Assembly (NCBI GenBank): GCA_017654855.1
Contig: CM030338.1
Coordinates: forward strand, 2,232,001-2,296,000
Direction of reading: 5' to 3'
Source: Podospora anserina
Taxonomy: Eukaryota
DNA length: 64,000 bases
The notes below the pieces were generated by a model. That model was given only the letters and a program-made list of their open reading frames with translations. It was not told where the DNA came from and did not search any database. The first letter of the stretch is position 1; every line of letters begins with the position of its first letter. Positions 1 to 11,435 of the stretch are shown here, piece after piece. A program made the translations under genes and the position numbers.

Positions 1-1679
1 GAAAGGGTGGGAGAGGCTTGCATCATTGGCGAAATTTTTTGCTTTCTCTTGAGCTTCGAGAAGCCGGTTTTTTTTTTCGGAGGGGGGCGGCATTGATGGG
101 CATGGCATTTCATCATTCAGCAAGAGAAGAGCAGGATTTCATAACTGCATTGGGGAAGGTGTTCCGGTAATAAAGTTTAGTGGGGTGGGATCAACCACTT
201 TTACATCACTTGCATACATCATTGTTCATACACTACAGCTGCTGTACACACGCCAGTGGGGAGGGGAGGGGAGGGGAATAATTCTTGGATTTCTTGGAGG
301 GGGAGATAAAGCAGGCGCACTGTTTGGGAGTTTTGTGAGGGGTTGGGAGGGAAGAGGCGTGGTGATGGTGTGTTGCATTGGATTGAACAACACATCAAGG
401 TAGAGGAAGAGAATTTTGGATGGCATGCATGCATCGCGACCTAAACGGACTTGTTACAAGAACTGGGCAGCAGCGGATATTTTTGTAGTGTGTAAGAATA
501 GTGAAGAAATATTTTCAACAACACCTTTTTTTTTTTTTTTTTTTTTTTGGCTCGTGATGTGACTGTGGTGGGAAGGGGATTGTTCCTCTGAGACTTTTTT
601 AAAGTGGTCAATTGGTGAGGGCGGACAATCCGTGCCCTTGGACTTGGGACTTGTGTTACACGATCTGGAGTATGTCCTAGATGGTGTGGATGGTGTCTGG
701 GTTGTGTCACCGGGGCACATGGGAGGAATCTGGGGTACATGAGATGGACCCTGGGTTTTGGACTTTGGGGATATATTAATGTTTGAGGGGGTGGATGTTC
801 GGTTTGGTATTGTATGGGTAAGGTGAGGATGGCGTGAGTGTCCGGGAAAGGGGAGGGAGTTAGTTGTGTTTGTGGTACGTAAGGGGATGATGTGATTCTT
901 GGAGGGGATGAGGGAAGGGGGGGGGGGGTGTCTCGTGGCTATGGCAACAGCATCATAGACGAGATCTAGAGCTCATTTGACAGAATCGGTACAGAACTGC
1001 TACTATGAGTCTATAGCCTTTCGTACGATGTAAACTATTAGATCTATGTTCATGAAGCTGATGCTTACAATAGCCTCCTTTCAAAGCTTCCTCAGGTTAA
1101 GAAATTATGTTGTATAAGTTATTTCTAGGACCTCAAGTACCACATGAATATCTGCAAAACACCATATTGCTGTCGCACTCTAGTGTGGCTCCCCTTTTAT
1201 ACAGCTAAAGGTTGTTCCTTCCTGTCCAAAGTTAGCTCTTTCCTCTTCAGACACCCACCTGCCCACCCAAGTATCAAGAGAAGTCACAACCAGGTCGGTG
1301 CCTTCCTCCACATCCAGCACCCAGTTTAAAGGGTTACTTTCTCAAGGAAGGAAGACCTGTCTCAGATTCGCTCTTGCCTTTTTGAGATCGGGTTACTGGC
1401 GCGATCTTAAGCACAAACTTGTTATTTTCTCCCCCAAATCTTGTCTTTCGGTCTTTATCAACAAACCAAAGACTCTTCAGCTAAGTCGAATAAATCACAA
1501 CTTTTTTTCTTCAACTGCGTCTCATCTTTGTTCAGGTGGCTCAACACAAGGGCTTTACCATTGAAGGAGGGGAGACTGGGCCATACCTACATACTGTGGA
1601 CAAACGGGTTGCGCTTTCAAAAGGCGAACTTGTGTTGCTTTAGAAGCAATCAAGCCCTCCAACCTCGGCAACAGCAACA

Positions 1680-1701
1680 GCAGCACCACCAACGCCACAT
1701 A

Positions 1702-1732
<31 letters not shown>

Positions 1733-1765
1733 CAACAACAGAAACAACAGCACCACCACCATCAC
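1680..1765. repeat. CAG/CAA/CAC trinucleotide low-complexity tract
   Basis: (GCA)n(ACA)n(CAC)n runs. Confidence 0.85.
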
Positions 1766-3231
1766 ATCGATATCAACGCACAATCCAACTATGCCAACCT
1801 CTCAGAGCCCGCCGCTCAGGTCCAATCAACCGTTGTATTCACGTTCCGCCCTGCTTCGACAGCTCATACCAGTTCAGGACGACGGATGAAAGAATACCAA
1901 CCTAGGTAGTGATATGGCCGTGAGCCAACGGTGGATAATAGCGTTCGCTCACGACGACGACATGTGGGATTTTGGAGAGGGTGCAGGAGATGCTTGATGC
2001 GGGGAGGGAGCAATCGCTGTGAGTTTGAGGGAGAAGGGGCAGGGATGATATCGTGGTCGATATCTTGTAAGCGCGGTTTAGGAGGGGGATTGACAGGATT
2101 TGCGGGATACACACCATGGTGGGCCACAGGGTGTTACTGGGCTTCCACTTCTTTTCCATCACACGAGATAGTCTCTCTCACACACGCTTGCTCAGACTAC
2201 TTGGACCGCACGCTTCCTATCTATTACGTCGCGTTGCCTGCCAACACCAAGAGGAGACGGGGCTGTGTGGGAAGTGTCAGCCAGAGACAGTGGTGATGGA
2301 CCTGCCGGTCAGATGGTGTTGCAGCGCGAAAGCTGTGGTCAGGTTGGCCAGGGAGCCAACAACCCGTTCAGAGTTGGCAGAGGCGGTGCCGAGTTCAATA
2401 TCCGATCGACTGATACACACACGCGTCAGCGCTGGTTTCGACAGCTCGAAGCAGTCCAAATATGACGAGGGGGGAGCAGAGGAGGAGGAGGTGAAGGAGG
2501 AGAGGGGGAGGAGAAGGGGAGGAGAGAAGGAGAAGAGGAGGAGGCATGGAAGAGGAGCAAGAGAAAAATCCTGTACACAAATAAATGTATGGGGTTCAAA
2601 AAGGATACAAGAGATACTTGATATAGCAATAAAGATTGAGGGTGACAATATGAGCCAGGTGCAGGAGATGCTTGAGAGATGGGGGAGCGGGAGGGGGGTT
2701 ATCGAGAGGAGGCAGAGTTGCCAGGGAGGGTCAACCAGAGGTAGCAGTACTGAATTTGGCAGTAGGATGGATTTCAGTGCCAATACCCTTATCAGACTGG
2801 CCAGGGTTGCAAGAGCGGGAAATACGGAGAATGGGCAAGCTTTTAAGAGTGGATAAAGCAGTTTAATCCTCTCAGGATAAACAAGTCGGGTTAGAAGACA
2901 GCTTCGAGGTATTAAGACATAGTTAAAGGGGATATAAAGACAATCACTAGGCTTTAACGGGTGGTTAATACCTCTTGAAAGATGGTCTGTGGGCTTCAAG
3001 AGATAACCCAAAAAGTGTCAAAAGATAATCAAAATGTGTCAAAGAAAGTGGATAGACGTTCCATGATAGTCAATGGACACCGACAGAAACCTGGCATGTC
3101 TATCCTTTATCGCCACACGCATGAAATGATTATCAAACACACACGAACTTCCTTCTGCATAACACCCATATGAACAACAGAACCAGGTATGTACATTTTC
3201 CATCAACTCCCTCTCCCGCAACAAACCTACA

Positions 3232-6200
3232 CTACACACCAGTCCACTTCCCAAACCTCTCCCACCTCCTCCACAACTCCTTAAGCACCACCCTCCCCCC
3301 ACCATCCATCCCCTCACTCATAATCTTCAACCCCTCCTGGCTCGTAATCCTAATGATAGCATACATCCCCTCCTTCTCCAGCACTTCCTTAATCGCGTGC
3401 GGCGGAGCAACATACTCCAGCTGGCACTTGATGTACTGCATCAACACCAAATACATGTACTGCCCCGCATACCTCTTCGCCCTGTCCTTTTCCGATTCGA
3501 GGACAGTGTGATTTGTCTGCGCGGTGGTAGCTGCAGTGGGCTCGCAGATAAGCGTGAGGAGTCGGGAGAATCGCTGGGCGTTCTTCTCCCACTGTGGGGA
3601 GGAGTCGCACTTGGAGAGGAGTAACCGGAGGAGGTCCTGAAAGGGGGAGAGGACGATGTGGAAGTGGCCCTCGAGGCGGTGGCGGTGACGTTTTATCACT
3701 ACTTCTAGGAGGGAGCACAAAGGGAGGTAGAGTTGGGGTTGGGAAGCGAGGAGGGTCTGGAAAGAGGAGGAGTTGGCGAGGAGGGAGACGCGGGAGAGGG
3801 TGAGGTCGATGTTGAACTGTTTCATTGTTGATTGGTCGAGAAGAAACAAAATTGTTTTGGTTGTTTGGATTATGTGCGGGAGGGTGGTGAGGGCGGGGAG
3901 GGATTTGGTGAGGATGGCGTGGGCTTGGGGGAGGTCGAATTCGGAGGAGGAAGAGGATGGTTTAGAACCCTTGAGGTGGTGGATTAATTGGTCGATGATG
4001 AGGAGACGACCAAGGAGTTCGTTTCGGCTGGGGGGGTTGGTGAGGAGGAGGTCTTTGAGGTATTGGAGTTTGATGGGTTCGTCGGCGTGGCGGACTACGG
4101 CGTCGACGTATTTGCGGAGAACTGGGACTTCGATGGCGGACTTGATGACCTCGCCAGTCTCGGAAATCTCCATGTCGAGCTCGATTTGGAATGGGGACTC
4201 GAGGGATTCGAGGAAGTGGTCTGCCAAGAACATGCGGATGGACCAACCAGCTTGGATGCCTTCGTCAACCAGCTTGTCGCTAGTCTTGACGAGTGGCTTC
4301 ACGGCAGAGGCGACCGCTTGCTTGACAGAATCGCGTCCCATACTGTCAAGAGCAGACAACGCGAACAGAAGAGCCAGTAGTTTCTTTCCACGCCATTTGC
4401 CGGCTGTCGCAACGGATGAAGCCATCTGGAATAGGTCATCTCCAAGGCCGCTGAAGTCCAGACCAGCCTTCTCCAGCCTTGGGGCAGTCTTGGACTCTTG
4501 GACAGTCGCGAGAAAGGCGCGCAGAAGAACGAGACGCACGACAGTATCGCCATCAGCTGCCTTCTCCTGAAGCACCGCCTTGGCATCAGAGAGGTATGTC
4601 TTCTCCCTCGAATCAAGGTTTCCGCTTGCCATTTGTCGGATAGTCAACACAGCCAGGTCGTACAGCAAAGAGAAGAGGCGCTGAGCTTCGGCATCATCAC
4701 CCGTCGTTGAAACAAGAACTGCCCCAACAGTTTCCAAATGGCTGAAGCTCATCCCCTCATAGAAGGTTGGCTCGTTCATTAGCTTGACCATCAAGGAGAG
4801 CACTGGCTCCCAGTAGTCTACCCCAAGTGGTCCCGCCTTGTTCGAGGTTCGTGGAACGTGGCTGGTCAACGTCTTCATCGTGGCTTCCCGCTGGCTGCGG
4901 CTAAGGGTTTCCATAGGCGCATTGAGCAGGAACAGAACAGCATCCTTGGTTGATGGTTGAAACGTCCCGGCCTCAGACTCTTTAATCACTTTGATGACGG
5001 TGTCGATCAGAGTATCTGTTGACGTTAGAATGTGTCATTAACAACAAGACTGAGCCAGCTTACCAGTGAGCTTCTGGTTTCCAGTATCGCATTCCTTCAA
5101 CAGAACTTTGCCAACTGTGGCGGCATGACGCAAACCAGCCGAGTCATCCCCAGGTGTGGGTTTGACAAGCGACAGAATGATACCTGGTACTTTGCCCGTC
5201 TTGTCAACGACCATGCTGTGAACAGTTAGCAAAGTAGCCAGAAATGAAGGTCATAGATCCACACCTGACAAGACGAGGCTCCTCCTCGAGAATCCAAGAG
5301 ATATATCGTCTCCTTGACTCGGAGCTCGCATCCTCCTCAAGTTTCCCAAGGAAGGAGCAGACCAATTTAGACGTTTCCTCCTCATCGGCACCTTCAAGAT
5401 AGTTTGACAGCCAAGCAGCGACACAGCACTCGAACGCAGCAAAGGTATCCTCCCCATCCACCCCCGACTTCTTCAAAGTCTTCTTTAGGTGCGAGCCGAC
5501 CCGTGACCAAACCCGACCGGCCTCCTCCAGCGTGCCCTCAGCGAGAGTCCGGGCAGCATCACTCCAACGGCAAGCAGAGATGAGAGGGGCATCCTTCTTG
5601 GAGACTTTCTGAGCCATGATAGCATCAAAAATCTTCATGTTTGCCGCATCAATAAATTCCTCGCGAGCAACACCCCTAGAAAGAGCCTCAAGAAGGAAAA
5701 CCCTTGCCGCGCTTGCCTCTTGCTCCGACAGCCATGCTACCAACTCCGCAAGCTGATTGGCATTGAGAGAAGATTGCACCAAAGACGCGACTGTACCCGC
5801 TAGCTCTTCTTGTGCCCACAGGGGGTCCAATTTCCCTTCGGATTTGGGAGAATCGAGGTAATGAAGCCAGGTCTTGACAAACGAAGACAAGTCGCGGGCT
5901 TGGGCATATCCTTCGGCAAGGAGGGCAATGAACTCGACAGCCACCTCCCGGTCTTCATCAGTCAAGGAATCTGAACCTTTCGTCTTTTCCAGAATCTGGT
6001 CCAGAAGCTCCTTTCCGTCCTCCGAGAGCAGAAACGCATCGGGGTTGAGTTTTACGATGGACAAAAGTATATCCCAATCATCCTTACGCTCGCCAAGGGC
6101 AAATTCCTTGCACACCTGCCGGAGGCTCTCCGCGGAAAGAGCTTCGTCTCGGTATGTTGCCACCTCCAAAACCCTCCGCATCGCTGACTTGCCCTCGCTT

Positions 6201-7462
6201 TCTACCTGACCCTTGAGGTGGGGGATGGTTTTTGAAGTCGTGAACATGGTATCGAACACCGCCTGGACCCATGTTTCATAGTCCTTGATGGAGGTGTTAC
6301 CACCAAACTCACGCGGAGACTGGCCAACCAAGTCAAAAATGACTGGGAAAGTCAAAGAGGATGAGGATGGACGACGCATAAAGCGTGGGGGTGGTCCAGC
6401 AGAACAGGCCTCAACAGCTCTCTGGAGAACTGACCGGTCATTCCTGTTGAGGAAAGCCGCCCTGGCAGGAAGCATCAGATTACGGGACAAAAACCGACGA
6501 AGATCCTTTGCCCAGCGTTCCTCGGTAGGACTTTGGATTTTACGGGAACCTAGGTATGTCGCATCCGTCAACATCCCCAGAAGAAGGGTTGCTGAAGAAG
6601 TCAAACGCGCCGCAACCTCTAAAGCATCGCCTGGGCCTTGTAGGTGCAAGGCCCAGATAGAACTGAGGGTAGACAGCCATGAAGACACCTCTCTGTACGA
6701 GGCATCATCCAAGCAGGTATGAGCCGCAATGCACAAGTCCAGTATTGGCCCGAGAATCTCAGCCGCATCGGTCGCTGACAATGAAAACAATGACTTGACG
6801 TGCTCAGCGCCCATCCGGTGTGTTGGTGGTCCATCGTTCAGCTTGGTCTCGCATCGAGCCAGCAGTATCCTGAGCGCCTCAAGAAGGGCCTTCGCAGCCA
6901 GTAAGCACCCCGATGTTGTCCGTTGCGCCACTATGTCGAACACAAGCGTCTCTATCCGTTTTCTTTTCCTGGAGGGTGATGGGCTTCCTGGGCCTGGGGC
7001 GTCGGTCATTTCTACATCTTCGATCTCGTCCAGCCTAAATCCTGCATCAACCGCGATGTCTCGTAGCTCGCTCAAGGTCTGTTGTAATATGCCGATGAAC
7101 TTCCAGTCCGCCAGCGATTTTGCTAGGGAGAAGAGAGGGGTGCGCTGAAAGACGGCACCCAAGACGTCCCATGTTCGAGAGTATCGTCGCACTCTTTCGG
7201 CATTCTCAGTCTTCCCGACCATTTGCTTTAGGAGTGATCGCGAGAGCATTTCCTCGGCGGCGTGAAAGTTTCCTCCATGATGCTCTGATAGTATATCCCA
7301 GATGTTTTCGAGTCTTTCTGGTAGTGTTTCGATGTTGGTGTCCTTGTTGAATGCCTGAACAGCCCTGATCAGGGCTGCTTCACCTGTCTTTGCGATTGTT
7401 ACTCGGGGCTGCGCCTTGGAACATTGCGAATTGTAAAAACCTACCATGGCCTGACCCTTCAT
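3232..7462 (-). CDS. URB2: Nucleolar pre-rRNA processing protein Urb2/Npa2 (~1360-1380 aa); exons 7462-5265, 5215-5064, 5015-3232, plus a probable in-frame intron 7444-7388
   Basis: ORFs of 752, 64 and 585 aa join in frame through introns 5264-5216 (GTGTGG..GCTAAC..CAG) and 5063-5016 (GTAAGC..CTAAC..CAG). The C-terminus (HRHRLEGHFHIVL...AKRYAGQYMYLVL...GMYAII...LWRRWERFGKWTG) is typical of the fungal Urb2 C-terminal domain. Confidence 0.85.
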
Positions 7463-8126
7463 TGTTGATTATCAAAAGTAAAAAAGAACCCTATAATTTC
7501 ATCTTTTGTCGCAAAATGCTCCCCAGTTTCTTTTTCGCCATCGAGCTCTCTCCAGCAAAAGCTCCCTCCGAAATGCGACCAGGCCCCACGTCGCGCAGAT
7601 GCAGCTACTCTCCAAACTTTCTGCCAAAAAAATCCCAAAATTCTGCCGTCCATTCCACTCACCACCAAACCACCGTCCCACCCAAAGCTCCCTCACCGCC
7701 TTCGGGAGACAACGGGGACAGGGAGCCATTAACGCGAACCGCATCGAGAGCCCAGTTCTTGGCAACGACGTCCTTGTTACCCGGCGGGTGTGTGCCAAAA
7801 ACAAAATAGCTTCAATCAACTCAGCCGACACACACCACTGACGTACTTGCCGAACGACAGCATATCCCACCAAAAGTTGAGGTATTGATTTACCTGTACT
7901 CCTCCCCACCTCCACTCGTTATAGTCAGTCCTCTGTATACTTACTCCATTGTAAGAATTACCAGTCAATCGCTTCCAAGGTACGATATACCAAGCTCCCC
8001 CAAGCTCCTCCTCACATGCTTGCATTGAGAATTCACAATCCCCGCAACCACCACCACCACCACCAACCCCTCAATAACTAACCACCGCACCAACCTACCT
8101 CCAGCACTCACTCCCACACAATCACA

Positions 8127-8498
8127 ATGGCCGACACCGCCCCCGCGACGACGACATCCCCCACCTCCCGCGCTGTCTCCCGCCCCGTCAGCGAAGCCCT
8201 CCTCAACGAGAAGGTCCGACCCCCCCCCCCGTCCCCAACATACCTATACACCAATCAACAGTACCAGTAGTTACTAACAATGTGTGTGTGTGTGTGTGTT
8301 CAGTGGGACCGCTGCTTCTCCAACCTCATCATCAAGTCCTCCCTCGGCCTCGGCTTCGGCGTAGTCTTCTCAGTCCTCCTCTTCAAGCGCAGGGCGTGGC
8401 CCGCCTTCGTCGGCGTCGGCTTCGGTGCCGGCAGGGCGTACGAGGAGTGCAATTCCAGCTTGAAGCAGGCTGCCAAGGAGATCAGGAAGCAAGCCTAG
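8127..8498 (+). CDS. MIC10: MICOS complex subunit Mic10 (93 aa); exons 8127-8213, 8304-8498
   Basis: The spliced product MADTAP...SEALLNEK|WDRCFSNLIIKSSLGLGFGVVFSVLLFKRRAWPAFVGVGFGAGRAYEEC has two glycine-motif TM segments and the KRR loop. Intron 8214-8303 has a TACTAAC branch point. Confidence 0.93.
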
Positions 8499-8970
8499 AT
8501 CACCAAATCAAATTCACGCAAAAAATAAAACCACAAAAACAATCGATACGGAGGGGTAGATAAGACAGACGAGGCAAGAGAGAGGAATGGCGCTGGAAGA
8601 GAAGGAGATTCCGAGTTAGCGATGGGTGGTTTGGGGAAACAAGTGTACAAAAATTCTCTGGTGTGTGTCAAAAATCACCTTACTTAGACGAGTAGGAAGA
8701 AGGGAGAGGGGAATGAGAAGATGACGGTTGAACTTATTTTCTCGACATTTATATATGGTGGTGTTTGTCATGTGCTTGGGGGATCTCTTTGACAGGAGAT
8801 ATGACATCGGGGCTAAGCAAAGCTGATACATATTCTAGGTGCGCGTAATCTATAGATAGGTTGAACCACTACCACCTATTTGCTCTCACGATACACATAT
8901 CAACCATGTTAAGTTACCCATTCTTTCAGTTTCCAAAGAAAATCAAAGCCCTCACGAGCTTCTCTCAGTC

Positions 8971-9798
8971 TCACACAGCATACTCAGCCCCCGTCACAGC
9001 CAAACTCCTCCTCCTCCCGCCACCACCACCACCACCAACCCCCATCCTCGGCCTAAATCCACCAGTATTACAAGGCGAAGCAAACCCCCGAGAGTAAGCA
9101 TAACTCGACCTCCTACCACCCCGATCCATCACCCAACTAATCGACCTCCTCACCACAGTCTCCAGCTTCGGCTTCGGCTTGGGCCCAACCATACTACAAG
9201 CCTCCGTATCCCAACCCCAGTCTTGATCCCTCCAACCGTCAAACCCATGCTGTTGTTGACCAGCAAGACCACTCCCAGCGGCGGCATCCAGCCCAACCTC
9301 CTCATCCCTCGCCGTCCTCCTCTCCTGCTGCTCCCTCCTCGCCGCGGTGGCACCCACCATTACCGCCCTCCCATGCGCCGAGACCTTCCTTCCCAGCTCC
9401 ATCAACTCGTATTGCACCGCCTCTGCAAGATCCTCGCTTGCCTTTCTGACGCGGTTGAGCAGCGACGTTTTCTCGTTCCCGTCTGCGGGTAACGAGGTAG
9501 AAGAAGACAGCAAGGGTTCGTGAGGGAGTGGGCCGCCGCCGAAGGCCGTGTTGAATAGACATGGTGAGGAGGTGCGGCCATGGACGTCGGGTTGGTGGCT
9601 GCTGCGGTGGTGACGGCGTTTGTTGGTTGAGGTGGATACTTGGCGGCGGAGGGCGAGGGCGAGGATGAGGAGGAGGAGGAGGACGAGGGAGAGGATGAAG
9701 AGGGCGAGGAGAATGATTTCGAGGCGGGTGGCGGAGGGGGTGGTGGTGGTGGTGGTTATTTGGGGTTTGGGCTTGGAGGTTGTGAAGAGGGTTTCCAT
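8971..9798 (-). CDS. Hypothetical single-pass membrane protein (275 aa)
   Basis: ATG in AAAATGG context at 9798. A strong hydrophobic helix (IILLALFILSLVLLLLLILALAL) is followed by basic residues and a low-complexity tail. No recognisable domain. Confidence 0.55.
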   Translation of the reverse strand: METLFTTSKPKPQITTTTTTPSATRLEIILLALFILSLVLLLLLILALALRRQVSTSTNKRRHHRSSHQPDVHGRTSSPCLFNTAFGGGPLPHEPLLSSSTSLPADGNEKTSLLNRVRKASEDLAEAVQYELMELGRKVSAHGRAVMVGATAARREQQERRTARDEEVGLDAAAGSGLAGQQQHGFDGWRDQDWGWDTEACSMVGPKPKPKLETVVRRSISWVMDRGGRRSSYAYSRGFASPCNTGGFRPRMGVGGGGGGGRRRSLAVTGAEYAV

Positions 9799-10268
9799 TT
9801 TGGGGTTGTGGGGGTAGCGGGAGAGGGAGTTGGGGCCGAGGCGGGAGTAGAGGGGGTGGTGAGAGTCGAGGTGGGGCGTTATGGTTAGGTTGAGGGGGTG
9901 GTGTTGTCGTTTGATACCGTGTGGAGGCCGGGAGGGCTTCCGGTGGGTGACCAAGCGGGTTATTGTTGAGGGCAGGACGGCATACATTAGGACTGGGTTA
10001 GAGGAGAGGTGTGTTTTGGTTGTTGAGATGAGTCCAGAGGTAGCGGTCGAAATGCATCAAGGATGTCTGAAGAGTGGTGAGGTCTAGAAGATGGTTATTA
10101 CTTAGGTATTGAAGAGGTAGAGGATGGGCATCATGAACAACGTGTTGGACTTATCAATAACAACAACTTAGCGACATGGCACCGGAAAGCAGCTCGAGGA
10201 AGCAGGAAGGGCGTGTTGCAACATCGACAAATGACAGTCGAAAGTGCAAAATCATGTGCCAGACAGAT

Positions 10269-10300
10269 GATGGCAAGCGCGGCAGATGGCAAGCGCGGCA
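10269..10300. repeat. 16-bp perfect tandem duplication (GATGGCAAGCGCGGCA x2)
   Basis: Direct reading; upstream of the single-TM orphan gene. Confidence 0.85.
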
Positions 10301-10613
10301 GGCAGCAGGAAGGTGTCATGACATGTCCAAACAGATTTCAAACAAATGTTGAGCTTTTACTGTCTTTTCTGTAGTGCGAGGCGGCCACCGGCCAACTCGA
10401 AAAAAGCCCACTTCAGCCCGGTTCAGTCATCAAACTCTTTATCCTGAAATTTGACCAGACCAACAGACCAACTTGCCAAAGACATATAGATATATATCCC
10501 AGATTCCTTTGTGTTTCCAATGCAGTCATTCACATCGTATCCCATATACTTTCATTCCAACAATACACACAAGCCCCCCCAAGGCAACAAACGACATCTC
10601 CAACTTTTTGGCC

Positions 10614-11435
10614 CTACATAACCGTACAACAGGCCTTGATACAGCCGAAGATGCCATCGTCCTCCGGCTCTTCAGGGCGTTGTGGACGCTGGGGCCGTTC
10701 TGGCCGGGGCCGATGCGGTCTCTTCTGGGGACGGCTGTGCGACTGGTGCCCATCTGGCTGTGGGGGCAGAGGGGGAGGAGCCTCGACACGGTTGCCACCA
10801 AGATCAACATAGATACGCCCCTCGTTTTCCTCTGTGGCATAGTCGAGACCGAGTTCTCGGCAGAGCTGCTCAACACGCGGCTTAATCTTTCGGACCCCCC
10901 CAGTTGAGTGATTGCCCTTCCCGACAATGACGTGCAAGTGGGACTGACCGCGAGCCTGAGCATCACGGATTCTGGCTTCGAGGATATCCTCTGCCTCTTC
11001 AACAAACAGACCATGCAAGTCGATGGTATCCTCAGCTATCCGGCCCATGGCGTTGTTCTCCCGGAAGATGAATTCAGCAGCCTGTTTGTTATATTCGGCC
11101 TGCTTCGCTTGATGGCGTTTGCCCTCGTTCGACAAAGCCTTTGCCTCGGCGCCATCCCCACGCTCATATGCTTCATGAGCCTGCCGTCGTCAATGTAGTT
11201 AGTGAGATTCTACCGCGAGATAGGAGGACAACCCGTACCCGATCAAAGCATGACTTCTTCTTCTCTGCCTCTGCCCGAGCCAGATCTCTCAAACGATCAT
11301 ACTCTTCCTCCAACTCTACACTGGTCCTGTGGTTGAACGCTGTTTATACACATTAGACCCGAGTACACCGCCATTGTTTACGAAGGGCATACCATGGCCT
11401 CCGAGACGCTCTAGCGGAATAGCGGACGACGCCAT
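10614..11435 (-). CDS. DUF1771 + Smr (small MutS-related) domain protein with C-terminal CaaX (236 aa); exons 11435-11393, 11339-11239, 11180-10614
   Basis: Smr motifs IDLHGLFVEEA and VIVGKGNHS...NEGRI. DUF1771-type segment AHEAYERGDGAEAKALSNEGK...AAEFIFRENN. Introns 11392-11340 (GTATGC..CTAAT..CAG) and 11238-11181 (GTACGG..CTAAC..CAG) give one continuous frame. Ends in ...ACCTVM*. Confidence 0.88.

Noticed and set aside
3773-4570. 265-aa + strand ORF, and similar long antisense ORFs (e.g. 21012-21623, 24569-25225, 30170-30994, 36916-37617, 43827-44693, 55759-56649)
   Set aside because: These are shadows of real genes on the opposite strand caused by codon bias; they have no domain features.
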